The position numbers and the translations under genes were made by a program. A stretch of DNA of 62,284 nucleotides, the filler included, from Chiloscyllium plagiosum (lineage: Eukaryota): the NCBI RefSeq assembly GCF_004010195.1. It is 3 parts of one record of this genome, joined end to end, with 100 filler letters (N's around TTAATTAATTAA, not from the genome) between each part and the next. Parts side by side here need not be neighbours in the genome. Positions count along the whole stretch, not along the records: positions 24,889 to 54,163 come from NC_057715.1; 2 more parts are not named here. One strand, written 5' to 3'. Shown here piece after piece: positions 36,992 to 50,530 of this stretch. The notes beneath the pieces are model-generated. The model was given only the letters and a program-made list of their open reading frames with translations. It did no database searches and was not told the origin of the DNA. Positions within the stretch are counted from its first letter, which is position 1, and each line of letters opens with the position of its first letter.

Positions 36992-39900
36992 CTGGAGTTG
37001 GAAATTTGCTGGTAGATCAACAGAAAAGTCTTTTCTTTCTAATTTCCTCAAGATAGTCCAGAGACAATGAGATTTGGCAATATAACTCAGTGAAATATGT
37101 AGAAATTACTAAATAGTTCATTATTTATTTTGTCTAAGACTAAAACAGATGGCATGAAAAGATCTCCTTATGAGTTTACAGGCTATAATTGAACACTGAT
37201 TTTAAGTAAGAGTTTAACAATTTCAGGAAATACAGTTATGAGGATTCATTAACCAGATCCATAAATGTCCATGTTTGACAGCTGAATCAAGGGCCAACAA
37301 TTACCTAATTGGAGAGCAAGTACTGGATATTGGTATATGAATAAAATAGTGGAATATGTAAGGAATCAAATATTGCCACACCCTTTCCATTTAAGTTTGT
37401 TTTATTTACCCTTGTCAACTTCTTCCATGCATTTAGCTCACAACACCAGTACCTGTTCTATCACAACTAATAGGCATTATCAAAATAAAAATTACTTTTC
37501 TCCTGCTTCCACTACTTTTTATTTCAAACAGTGAGCATCAAATTTCATGGCAATTGAAATAAAAACTGCTTATGTTTTCGAAAAAGTTCCAGTTAATGAA
37601 AGGTTAGACATCACACTTAAGAACGGAAGAAATTTTAAAATAGCATGACAATAATATGAAAACAGGATTGAAAAATGTCACTGTATCTGCACCATATGTG
37701 CATGAAATAAAACAGACAAGTTAATTTTGCTTAGAATATTTTGAGGTATCAACTATGGTAACTTAAGGATTTAGACAGGAGAACCGTGAACAAAATAATT
37801 TCAATTTGCATAGCGTGCTTGATATCCTTTGGATATCCAAAGTATTTCATGCCTATTCTATGTCTTTTCTATTGCACTAACTTGCATTTTGCACACAAAT
37901 GCAGCAACCAATTTGCACAGAGTAAGTGCCATACACAACAATAAGATTATTGACCAGCTAGTCTAGTTTTGAGCATGTCACCTGTCATGGAGACCAGAGC
38001 TATATGACATAAATGTACAAGAATCATTCATAAACTCAATAAAACATTTAGGAGAAACCTCTTTATCTTGGGAATGGATAGAATGTGGAATTCATTACCA
38101 GAAGGGGTATTTGAGATGAATAGAGTTGAAGCATTTAAAGGGATAAGCTGGAAAAAGAAATAGAATGATATATCGATGAGGTAAGGATGAATGAAGAATC
38201 ATGTGGAGTAAAAATGTGGCATGGACCTGCTGAGTTATACCGCCTATTACTATACTCCAGATACTTCCTGAATTTTTGAGGGAAAGAAGAGGTCCAAGAC
38301 TTAACTAAAATGGTGCTGGTGTTCTGACACCATAAGTTCCACATCAAATCTGGCACCCAACATTTTCTCTAGGTCTTGGGGGGAGGAGGATGGGAAAAAT
38401 CAAAGGCAGTTTGTAGTTTGCATAACCTTGGTTTAAGTAGACAGGTTGAAGGCAGTTAGGCAGGTAGTAGAAAGGCCTACTGGAGATTTTTATGAGCCAC
38501 CAGCTGGACTGTAACATTCTCTCCGTGTTCCGTAACATGCAAAGCAGTTTGAATTTCCTCAGCAAAAATATGAGCATACGGGTTGATAAAAGCCTGGTTG
38601 TTCATTTATTCAGCTAGTTAATGGAAAGTAGCAACAAGCAATCTTAAAACTAGACAGCTGACCTGACTGTATTCATTTCCCACCAATGCTTTAGGACAAC
38701 ATTATACCTCTAGTGTATGAGTTAATTTATTTCATTTCTGCATTGAACCTTTTTTTAATTATTACTTTTTCAGATGTATAACATACAAATTAAATTGATA
38801 GCCTTGAATTTCTAACTTTGTTTCAACAAAACAAGTTAAAACAGTTGAGCAGTATGGGAGCTTATATGGGGCTTATGTCAATGAGGATGCAGTAAATTGT
38901 CAGATTACACAACTGTCGATAATTACTAGTCACTTATCATCATGCAACTCTTGTATTTAGGTACAGAATAATCTTGTTAAGGTCTTACCATCTGTTCATC
39001 TCATTTAGTCAAACAGAATAAAACTCCACTCAACACCTCTCCCACTGTCTTCTGTGAACCTTGTCTGCTTTTTATTAGCAAATGTTTCGCCAATCAATTA
39101 TTTGGACATCAACTCTTCAACAATGCTTTCTCCCCTCATAAAAGTCCCATTACATGGTACACGTCTGTCTGCAGATTGTCAGGAGAATGGGTTTCTTTGC
39201 CTTCTCCCTCCGTATTCACAAAGCCACATTGCTCACTTGTTGCCATTTAAATTACACTGTTCTAGGCTGATGGGAAAGAAACAAATCTCTGAGCTATAGC
39301 TACCTACTATTACAACATTTACCAGCTTATAGGCTATAGGACTCAAAATTTATTTTCTTATTCAGGGCATCTCTGTCCCACATTTCTAATTTATATGAGA
39401 GATGAGGGCAATTTGCATCAAAAAAGTATGCTGCTCTCTAGCACACTAGTGCTACAGTTTTTATACTTACAGGAGAAGGAAGTTATTGATTTAAAGTGCT
39501 GTAAAATAGTATAAGGCAGCAGCTATCGATTGGATAAGTTATGATATAATTTGAGATAATGATCCTGTGACATGCAGTGTATCGAAGGGCTTACTCGTTA
39601 AGACAGCTGTTCTGAACTTATTATTTTTCTATTTTCCAATTTATTCCAACAACCTGCAAAGCTGGACTTTTTATTTCTTTATTTTCTAATCTTTTTCCTA
39701 AGAACTTCTACTGAAGCATCTGTAACTAGGCACCGTTGCACCTAAGATAGTGCCATAATTGGCTATTTGTAAACTTCTCATGTACTCATGTGGGTACATG
39801 TGACAATAAAGATAATTCAATTCAATTCAATTTCTGGGTAGGCATGAAGGTATTTCTCCCTGTGGCAGCAGTGGACTGGCCTGGTAGCAGAGCCAGGGAT

Positions 39901-40499
39901 TGCTGATTGCATTAGGCCCAGGGAGTGGACTCCTGGTGTCATCGAGGCGACAAATGAGCCAGTGACTCCTGGTGGTGGCAGTGTGGTAGGCCCGGAGCAA
40001 GGACTCTAGGTTATCGAGGACACAGGTCCTGGTTGTGATAGGCCCACAGCCAGGGACTCCTGGTTATCAGTGGGATGTTGGTGCCAGTGGAGCTGGGGAC
40101 TCCTTGTTGTAGGGCAGCAAGGGACTGAGCATTGGTATCAAATGTGGCATCAGCAAGGTGGGCCCAGCAGTGGAGAGATGGTGTCTGAAAAGTGGTAACT
40201 GCTATATTGGAGGATCTGGCACAGGTGGAGAAGAGATGGCAGTGTACGTATTGTTGGTGAGCCAGCACAGGGCTCAAAACGGATGTGGCAAAATGAAGAT
40301 TGACTCTGTTTCAGTCATATCTTTTAATTCTTAAAATATTCAAAATGGTGCTGGATTGTGGTGACAGTTGAAGTTTTTACTGTATTCCACTGCATTATTC
40401 ACTGTAAAATACCTGAGTGACAATAAACCATTGAAATCAAACCATTCTTGACACAATGGCACAGATTTTCTACTAGTTAGATAATCATTTCTGAAGCAT

Positions 40500-41621
40500 A
40501 GGGGTCTCCAAAATGAAGATGATGGTAAGAAGCTATGTCTAGTGACCAGGATGGGACCTAGACATAGACAGTTCCCAGCGCGCTAACAAGGACAAAGATG
40601 ACCACAAGCAGCTCCTCTATATTCATGGGACTGGCTGGGTAAACCCTGGACTCAGTTAAACATGGACTTTGCTGGCCCTTTCATGGGCTCAATGTTCTTA
40701 GACATTATGGACGCCCACTCAAAATGGTTAGATGTGCACAGAGCTCATTCGTCAAACACGGTAACAATGATAGAAAAAGTGAGGCATCTTTTGCAATACA
40801 CTGACTCCTGAAAGTGCTGTTCACAGATAATGGGCTACCATTTACCAGGAGGGAATTCAAGTACTTCCTAAATGGGAATCGACATATAAGGATAGCTCCA
40901 TAACACCCATAATCCAATGGTCAGGCAGAAGGAGCTGTCCAAACTTTGAAGGCAGTCTTGAAGAAACAGCTTACAGTCTTGCTAGACACCAAACTGTCCC
41001 AGTTCCTATTCGATTATAAAACCATCCCTCATGCAATTACAGGGATAACTCCAGTGGAGTGGCTAATGGAGAGGAGACTCTGCACCAAGTTAAATTTGAT
41101 CTTTCCTGACCTGGGGGGTGTGAGTAGTGAAACAGCATCAGGAACGGCGATGCTGGACTCAAGACTCCACCGAGTGAGAGAGATCATTTACTTCAAAGGA
41201 CAAAGTCTGGTGTAGCAATTGCAGGAATGGCTCTGCATGGATAAGAGGTTGGTTGAAGCCAGGTCAGTATCAGTGACGTATGAAGTTCAGGTTGGTGTGA
41301 ATGGTCCTGAACAAGCACATGGACCGTATGAAAGCCACAAACTCATAAACGCTGTGAGAGAAAAACACACCCTGTCCCTCGGAACAGTCAAAAAGTCTGT
41401 TGGAACACATGATTTGTTTCTCTTCATCAAGCATTGACAAGACTTCTGAATCTGAGATGGGCATAGCTAATCTCGCTGCAATGATACCTTTGTGCTGGAA
41501 AGGGAGTGAATTTCTCCCAAGACTCTCTGGGTGCAAGAGGTGCACTCCTCTGGTAATATGGCCCAGGACCTATTACAAGAAAAAGGACTGGCCTGTGTCC
41601 TCAGTCTCAGAGCGGGTGGGA
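40500..41621 (+). mobile_element. Gypsy LTR-retrotransposon integrase remnant and polypurine tract
   Basis: KPWTQLNMDFAGPFMG...DAHSKW...TDNG.PFT...HP.SNGQAEGAVQTLK; agagcgggtggga immediately before the LTR. Confidence 0.85.
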
Positions 41622-42221
41622 TGTAGTGATTGTAACAAGAGATGGAAATGTGTTGCTGGAAAAGCGCAGCAGGTCAGCCAGGGTGGATCTCATAGAATAT
41701 GAATTCTTTGATTGGGGCAGTTAATCTGGTCCAATCATGGAGTCCTGGCTAACAGATATAAACAGAAGTTCTGGAGTGGAGTGTATTATTTCCCCCTCCA
41801 ACTCTATTTTGATTTAATCCCTGCCCTCCCCGTCACTGTTTGATCACGCAGCATTGCCCTTTGATGTGAAGGGCACTGCTTGTCACTGGCCACTCGGGTA
41901 TTTCCTTTCTTCCTGGTGGTGGAAACTGAATAAAGATTTGTGCACCTTGTGTCTTTCACTGTGTACCACACCTGCACACACACAACATGGGTGCTGGGGA
42001 AAGAATAAGCACTACCGCACTTAGGCAGTAGTGTGGGGGTTAAAAATAAAATTTTTAAAAATTAAACAGGAGGGTCAGGGGTTCTGAAATTAAAAAAAAA
42101 ACAGAAGTTCTGTTCACTCTGAGAGCTGGCTCTAAGGAACCTGGGTCAGTGTTAAAGACTCTCCACATATAAATAAAGGATGACTTGGTGACAGGATACC
42201 GACCTCTGTGCAGTTATTTCA
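41622..42221 (+). mobile_element. Gypsy 3' LTR with nested insertions
   Basis: TGTAGTG...TTTCA, TATA-like and AATAAA motifs, homologous to 12378-12919. Confidence 0.85.
41774..42098 (+). mobile_element. 5'-truncated LINE 3' end (possibly Tx1/L1-group) inserted in the LTR
   Basis: 14-bp TSD aaacagaagttctg (41760-73 / 42099-112); ORF end GVECIISPSNSILI* (41773-41817), stem-loops, AATAAA, A-rich tail. Confidence 0.7.
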
Positions 42222-42517
42222 GGTTAGACAAAGAAATCCATCTCAATTGAAAGCAGAACAATATACGAGGGATAATCACATACACTGCCTAATATAAATA
42301 AAATATCCAGTAGTCTGTGCTACTAAGGGTCGGACAGACATTCTTGCCATTAAAATATGTGGGCAAAATAATTTTAAAAACCCAATTAAAATAGTATTAA
42401 TTTTGATGAGTCACAACTGAGTCAGTGTACACTGAAATCAATCTCAGACAACCAATCCCTGCACTTTTACTGATGTGAATTGATAAGAAAGATTTTGTAA
42501 TACATTTCAACAAGAAA

Positions 42518-42605
42518 GTTAAAAATCACACAACACCAGGTTATAGTCCAACAGGTTTAATTGGAAGCACACTAGCTTTCGGAGCGACGCTCCTTCATCA
42601 GGTGA
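42518..42605 (-). mobile_element. Family-B short element
   Basis: 12-bp TSD ttcaacaagaaa (42506-17 / 42606-17). Confidence 0.85.
42570..42604 (-). ncRNA. Intact minimal hammerhead ribozyme motif, family B
   Basis: CAC-CUGAUGA-A-GGAGC-GUC-GCUCC-GAAA-GC-UA-GUG; stems I and II fully paired. Confidence 0.75.
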
Positions 42606-42837
42606 TTCAACAAGAAACACAGACTATGCACATTTTGAAGATATAGGCAAATAACTGCTTGGATACTACAATAATCATTGAGATGATGGTGCTGTCCATG
42701 TAACTATCACATCAGACAAGGCTGCACAGTCTAGATATCAGGACCACAGGACATTTAAATGTCAGGAAATCAAAAATGATATACATTATCTAATGCGAGG
42801 TACAATCAAAGGTAGCCTTGAGTGACCTTTAAAGCCA

Positions 42838-42972
42838 GTAGAAAGTGAAGACTGCAGATGCTGGAAATCAGAGCTGAAAATGAACAGGAAGAAGGGCTCA
42901 TGCCTGAAATGTCGATTCTCCTGCTCCCTGGATGCTGCCTGACGTGCTGTGCTTTTCCAGCAAAACATTTTG
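42838..42972. mobile_element. Family-A PLE element, partly inverted
   Basis: Minus-oriented end (gaaagtgaagactgcagatgctgg) joined to plus-oriented gaagaagggctcatgcctgaaatgtcg... Confidence 0.8.
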
Positions 42973-44348
42973 ACCTTTAAATCCAAACAACAATCTTTCT
43001 GCAGTGATCTGATCATTATACAGAACATGACATAAAGGAGGGGATCATTTTAATAGCAAATTCAAAATGATGACCTACTCAAATGGGTACTCCATAAGTT
43101 ACTTTCATCTCCCTTATGCTTCCAAAAACTGACCCACATATTCTATTTTAAATGCATTTTTCTTTGCTATGGTTTACCTCCCAACCCCTTTACCCAATTG
43201 TGGATCATTTCTAGCTGATACTGAATCAATGCTAAATATTAAAACTACTCTCCAGTGTACCTATGAACAAAAGCAAATAAATCTGTGAGACCTTCATTTT
43301 CACAGTAGAATCTATCACCTTGAGTCCATCCTGTGAATTATTTTCAGCATTGTCTGATTAAATTATAGATTCTCAGTTTTCACTGTATCTTTATACCTAA
43401 ATTTATATCTCCGGTTAACAATTTGATTAAAAAAATCAAATCCATAATATCAGATGTTGATTTATTGGATCCAGCAGATTAATTTCCCACAAAAATGGAA
43501 CCATTATGTTATATCTTCTTTGTTATAAATGGGACTATTTCACGAAAAAGGTACAATCAGATATTCACCCATTTAAATCGAGGATTATTGTAATAATTAA
43601 CATCGCATAAGACTGTCAAGTAATCTGACAGGAATCTTCCAGTGTTGTTCTGGTGCCATTTTCTGATCCAGCTGTAATTTAATTTAAAAGTTGGGTGATA
43701 AGCACATTATCCACATCTTTCAGCATTACAAGATGTGAATCATGCGATTAGCTGCGTCACTGTTTTATGACAGACCTTAACCTTTTCACTTTAAAGCAGT
43801 TATTCATTGAAGTACCAGACTCTTATTCAAAAATACTATTTGCAATCCTTTCAAAATAATTCTTTTGAAGCAAATCTGTATTTAAGTTATTCTGAGCCAC
43901 ATGATTAATTGTTATCAGTTTAATTTGCAAAATAATTGAAAATGAATATTTGTGCTTTCCCTACCAATTCCTGACCCCATCAATGTAGGCCATCAGTGTA
44001 ATTTCATTGCTCAAGAATAATCTTGATAATAAGACAACTCTAAGTTATGATAAAAAGTATTATTCAGCCATTTTGCAATAGTCTGCAGTGTCAAAACATT
44101 TGTGACTTTTCCATTTGAACAGCAATAATAACTGTTACTCTGGCATACAGCTCAGTTGTTGTCAGTCATAAGATGTGTATCACCATTAATCAGACAGACT
44201 GCCCACTCTAATTTATGATCTTTGCTGGAAAGACATCCAAATATGCTCTCAATTATATCAGAAATGACTTACCTATCCAACAATATTTTGTTTTATTTTG
44301 TTTGTTCTTAGCTTTTCAGATAACACTGACAGAGCAGAATGTGATGCG

Positions 44349-44665
44349 CCAGCAGCACGGTGTATCATTGATTAGCACTGCTGCCTCACAGCACCAGGGA
44401 CCCAGGTTCGATTCCAGCCTTGGACGACTGTCTGTGTGGAGTTTGCATGTTCTCCCCATGTCTACGTGGGTTTCCTCTGAGTGCTCCGGTTTCCTCCCAC
44501 ATTCCAAAAGGTGTGAAGGTCAGGTGAATTGGCCATGTTAAATTACTCATAATGTTAGGTGCATTAGTCAGAGGGAAATGAGTTTGGGTGGGTTATTCTT
44601 CGGAGGGTTGCTGTGGACCTGTTGGGCCGAAGGACCTGTTTCCATGCTGTAGGGAATCTAATCAT
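44349..44665 (+). mobile_element. HE1-type V-SINE
   Basis: Same head, V domain and tail as 8966. Confidence 0.88.
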
Positions 44666-44979
44666 ACAAGTTTTGCTAGGAATTATAAAGAAATAACAAT
44701 GAAACTAAAGTTGAATAAATTAGAGGGAGATTTGATGAACCAGTGCAATTTTTGTGACAATTCAGCAGTTTCCATAATCTCTGATTTTTGTTGTCAGAGC
44801 ACGAATTGCCAGATCCATTGAAGTAATTTTTGCAGCATGCCATAACGATGGAGCAAATCCTTGGTTTAGACAGAGCATTCCTACCTCTGAGTGAAATGAT
44901 TTATCATGCTGCAGCCAATCCTAGTGAGTGGAGATTGGTGCTCTGAGCCTAAATATTGGGTTGGATATGGGTGGCCTTA

Positions 44980-45165
44980 TCCTGGTGGATGTGGGTGCGA
45001 TTACAATGTTTAAAAGATATTTGGATAAGTACATGAAAAAGAAACGTTTGAAGGGATATGGGCAAAGCGCAGGCAGGTGGGACTTGTTTAGTTTGGGATT
45101 ATTATCAGCATGGACTGGATGGACCGAAGGGTCTGTTTCTATGTTATATGAATCTATGACTCTAT
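44980..45165 (+). mobile_element. CR1 3' end
   Basis: ITMFKRYLDKYM...GYG; tctatgactcta tail. Confidence 0.8.
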
Positions 45166-45654
45166 CTGGTATAAAGCCAACAAAACAATTTGCAAAGAGG
45201 AATTTTGATGTCATGCATATCAATTCATTAATCAATCAATGAGTGCTTCCAATACACTACACCACATTTCAGGAAAACAATGTGAAGAGGAAAACACAGC
45301 AAACATGACTGGTTTTGAATTCGTAATTATCAAATCAGTAGCTTATCTAATAGATCATGTAATGCTGTTGATCATAGAAATATCATTTGGAGACTTGGCT
45401 GTTAAACAGCTAAGGAAGAATCATGAATGTGCATTCAAATTGGTACAATGTCAAAGGCTGAAGGGCCTGCATTGCGTACTGTTCTGTGCTCTAATAGAGG
45501 ACATCTGAATCTCCGGATTGTTTAGACTTTACGTTGAATTAAGAAAACTGTCTCTCTAGTACACACACTCTATGGGAACCAGGTTAGACAATAACCTGGA
45601 GGCAATGTAAGCATAAATAAGTTGTAAATTTTAAAACAATTATTAAGCTTTTTT

Positions 45655-45965
45655 AGTGGTGAGCACTGCTGCCTCGCAGCACCAGGGACACAGGTTCAAT
45701 TCCAACCTCGGGTGACTGTGTGGAGTTTACACATTCTCCCTGAGTCTGCGTGGGTTTGCTCCAGGTGTTCTGGTTTTCTCCCACAGTCCAAAGATATGCA
45801 GGTTAAGTGGATTGGCCATGCAAAATTGCCCATAGTGTCCTTGGGATGTGTAGTTTACGTGGATTAGCCATGGGAAATGCAGGAATAGGGTAGAGAGGGT
45901 GAGTCAGAGAATTGGTGTGGACTTGGGCCAATTGACCTATTTCTACACTGCAGGGATTCTATGAT
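45655..45965 (+). mobile_element. HE1-type V-SINE
   Basis: gcactgctgcctcgcagcaccagggac...gtgtggagtttacacattctccc. Confidence 0.85.
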
Positions 45966-48469
45966 GATAACCCTGGATGTTTAGTTCCCATCTCTAGTCA
46001 CCCTGCAGTCCTATGTCTAGGATCCCAACTATATCATACACATTTACATTTATTTGCATAATTAATTCAAGCACTTTATTTTGAATGCACCATGCATTGA
46101 GGCACAATGCCTTAAGTAGTCATGATTTGGAGATGTCAGTGTTGGACTGGGGTGTACAAAGTTAAAAATTACACAACACCAGATTATAGTCCAACAGGTT
46201 TAATTGGAAGCACACTTTCCTCTGACTCCTTCCTCAGGTCCTACTTTCCAGTGTGCTTCCCTACTCCCTATATTCTGCTTTTAGGACTAATTCTAGTCTT
46301 AAATCTTTTGTGTTGTGGCTTTCCATACTTGACCAATTGGATCATTGGGAGCACATTGCTGTGTCTCAACCACATCCTTCTCTCCAACCAATATATTGTG
46401 ACCATCTCTTCACTAAATTTAGTCTCCAGCCACTTCTTCTAACTTTGTATTTGAACACTCCCAGTCTGGTACTTGAGTTACAAATGACCACTCTGCAGCC
46501 TCCCTCAGTCACCTTTCAGCTTCCCTCCATCACCCTTGACCCTCCCTCCATCCATCTAGTCCTACCTGTCACCATTGAGCCATCCACCGTCACCTTTGTG
46601 TTAACCTAGAGCAGGCCCCTGATAATCTAGCCGTATACCCTCACACCCCTGATGCCTGAACCTACCCCTCAATACCCTCAACTTGTCAATCGTCAACCTG
46701 ATCACTCTTGACTTGCTCTCAGCTGTCCCAACCTCACAATCGATCTGCCTTTCATCACCCATCTTCGTGCTTGAGCTACCTTTGGCAAAGATTGACCTTT
46801 CCTCTGTTGTGCAGCTCTCTCCCTCTGTTCTAGACAACGTTTCTTCAGGCCACCATGACCCACTCACCCTCCCATGAACAGCAATGCCCCAACTTCCTAG
46901 CTAAGCAAAAATGTCTTCTCTTCCTGGTCCAAAGTCGCCCAATCTGAGGAAAGTGGTTCCTGCTCAGTTCAAAACCACCCGAAAAACTACTTCGCCTGCT
47001 TCACCAGTTGTGAACCTGAAGTCAAATGTTTCTTGCATGCTGCTGACTTAATTGCAAAGTTATAATTCAATCTGGCAAGAGTATCTTTTAATGAATATGC
47101 ACAGCATGTACAAAAGTAGCCTATTGGGAACCACAATCCACCACCAACTTACTTCCCAACTTTCACCCTGTCACCATTTTGCCTCCCTCATAATTAAGTG
47201 TGCCCAACCTGTGCTTCTCCCTGCCCACTCCAATCTAGCCCCTAACTTTCCAATTCATTGGATTCTACTCCATTACTACATTTTCTCTTTCTACAGATTC
47301 TTCCTGACCTCCTGAAAACTGCCAGCATATGAATTTTTTTTTCAGATTTCCAATGTCTCCTGTATTTTGCTTTTGTATTAGTCAGCACCAAGTCACCCAA
47401 CTTCACACAGCTATCTCTCAATGACTGAAACGAATCACTTCTTCCATCTTGGCAGAAATCCCAGTTGCAGAGTCAAGATCATCTGCAGCTAATTTGCAAC
47501 ATGATCGCCTTTAAAGATCAAACTGCCCTCAACTGTTATACCTCTGGTGCATTCTGGGCCAGAACTGTCGTATCAGCTAATTTGTTGTTCATGCAGCAGG
47601 CAAATGATGTTATTGTCAGAAAATCACTGGTATTTGTTTCTTCCCAACTCCACAGAATAATGTCCAAAAATATCCCTGATGTTTTGAGGCATTTAAATAC
47701 ACCTGCACCCTCAGTTTGAAGTCCACACAGAGGGAAAGATGTTTACAATTTGCTGCAAAGATTTCACTTGTGAAGCCTTTTTAAAAAAAATTTCTTTAAG
47801 GGTTGTGAGGATTATTGGCAAGGCTCAATATTACCAACCCCTAATTTCCCTTGATTCATGTTCTTGAGGTCCATGTGAAAGATACATTCACAGCACTGTT
47901 AAGGAGAGAGTTCCAGGATTTTGTACTGACTATCAAGGAGCAGTGATATAGTTCCAGGTGAGGATAGAATGTGGACTTGGATGAGACTTGCAATTCGTGG
48001 TGTTCCAATGCGTCTGCTGCTTTTGACCTTCTGGGTGGTTGAGGGTACATGTTTATACTTGGCAATTCTGTTTCAGTACATTTTGCAGATGGGATATTCA
48101 ATAGCCTTGGTGTGCCGAGGTGGACAAAGTGAACGTATAAGGTGATGGATGGGATGCCAAGCCAGTGGAAGGTATCTGGAAGCTGTAAATGTAAGTAAGC
48201 GTTTGCATGGGATATTACAAGGTATACAATGTAAGAGCTGTAATGAGAGAAAGTCTGCTAGGGGTGAACTATAAATTCAGAACAGGGTGCTGAACAACAC
48301 AATTTTGACATACATCTGAAACAATAGGCTGTATTTTTACCACTGTGACAGATAGCTCAAGTCGGGAAATTTCTGAACTCAGAAGATCAACTTCAGTGTA
48401 AAATGCTCTGTCAGACTCTAATTTTGTTCCATGGAGGCAGTGGTAGGTCATCCCCAGGAGCAAACTGTC

Positions 48470-50530
48470 CTCCAACCCTTATCCCTCATTCACTCCCCAG
48501 GAAGCCATATTCCCCATTCACTCCCCAGGTACACTTATCCCTCATTCACTCCCCAGGAATCCTTATCCCTCATTCACTTCCCAGGAAACTTTATTACTCA
48601 CTTCCCAGGAAGCCTTCTCCCTCATTCACTCCTCAGGAACCCTTACCCCTTATTCACTTCCCAGGAAACTTTATCCCTCATTCACTCCCCAGGAACCCTT
48701 ATCCCTTATTCACTCCCCAGGAATCCTTATTCCCCATTCACTCCCCAGGAATCCTTATTCCACATTCACTCCCCAGGAACACTTATCCCTCATTCACTCC
48801 CTGGGAATCCTTATTCCCTATAGGTTCCTGATGAAGGGCTTTTGCCCAAAATGTTGATTTTCCTGCTCCTCAGATGTTGCCTGACCTGCTGTGCATTTCC
48901 AGCACCTCTCTGAACTAAACCCTTATTCCCCAATCACACCCGAGGAATACTTATCCCACATTCACTCCTCAGGAACCCTTATTCCCCATTCACTCCCCAG
49001 GAACACCTATTCCTCATTCACTCCCCAGGAACTCTAATCCTGCATTCACTCCCCAGGAAACTTTATCCCTCATTCACTTCCCAGGAACCCTTATTCCTCA
49101 TTCACTCCCCAGGAACCCTTATCCCTCATTCACTCTGCAGGAACCATAATCCCTCATTCACTCCCTAAGAACCCTTATCCCTCATTCACTCTGCAGGAAC
49201 CCTTATCCCTCATTCACTCCACAGGAACTCTTATCGCTCATTCACTCACTAGGAACATTTATACCCCATCACTCCCCAGGAACACTTATCCCTCATTCAC
49301 TCCCCAGGAACTCTTATCCCTCATTCACTCCCCAGGAACTCTTATCCCTCATTCTCTCCCCAGGAACCCTTATCCCTCATTCACTCCCCAGGAACTCTTA
49401 TCCCTCATTCACTCCCCAGGAACACTAATCCTTCATTTTCTCCCCAGGAACCCTTATCCCTCATTCATTCCCCAGGAACTCTTATCCCTCATTCACTCCC
49501 CAAGTCCCTTATCCCTCATTCACTCTCCAGGAACACTTATTCCCCATTCACTGCCCAGGAACCTTATTCCCCATAGGTTTCTGATGAAGGGCTTTTGCGC
49601 AAAATGTCGATTTTCCTGCTCCTCGGATGCTGTCTGACCTGCTGTGCTGTTCCAGCACCACTCTGATCTAAACCCTTATTCCCCATTCATCCCCAGGAAC
49701 ACTTATCCCTCATTCACTCCCCAAGAACCCTTATTCCCCATTCACTCCCCAGGAACCCTTATCCCACATTCACTCATCAGGAACACTTATTCCCCATTCA
49801 CTCCCCAGGAACCCTTATCCCACATTCACTCATCAGGAACCCTTATTCCCCATTCACTCCCCAGGAACCCTTATCCCACATTCACTCATCAGGACCATTC
49901 ATCCCCAGGAACACTTATCCCTCATTCACTCCCCAAGAACCCTTATTCCCATTCACTCCCCAGGAACCCTTATCCCTCCCTCATTCACTCCCCAGACACC
50001 CTTATTTATCATTGACAGTCAGCAACCCTCATGCCCCGTTCACTCCCTAGGAACCCTTATCCCTCATTCACTCCCCAGGAATCCTTACCCCTCCCTCATT
50101 CACTCCCCAGACACCGCTATTCCTCATTCACTCCTCAGGAACCCTTACCACTCATTCACTTCCCAGGAACACTTATACCCCATTCACTCCTCAGGAACCC
50201 TTATTCCCCATTCACTCTCCAGGAATGCTAATCCCCCGTTCACTTCCCAGGAACCATTATTCACCATTCACTCCTCAGGAACCCTTATTCCTCATTCACT
50301 CCCCAGGAACCCTTATCCCCCATTTACACCCCAGGAACACTTATATCCCATTCACTCCACAGGAATACTTATACCGTATTCACTCCCCAGGAATCCTTAT
50401 CCTTCATTTGCTCCCCAGGAGCACTTATCCCTCAACTATTTCCCAGGAACCCTTATCGCTCATTCATTCCCCAGGAACTCTCATTCCCCATTCACTCCCC
50501 AGGAACCCTTATTCCCTATTCAGTCTCCAG
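48470..50530. repeat. 28-bp minisatellite (cccttatccctcattcactccccaggaa)n, ~2 kb
   Basis: Period 28 (e.g. 49301 vs 49329); interrupted by family-A elements at ~48820-48918 and ~49573-49671. Confidence 0.97.

Noticed and set aside
36603..37105. Minus-strand frame of ~95 codons (..PLFWDKLVEK..) that stays open if the PLE insert is removed; WDKLV recalls SUGT1, the mammalian neighbour of CNMD
   Set aside because: Surrounding residues do not match SUGT1 and I found no other SUGT1 exon; compatible with chance.
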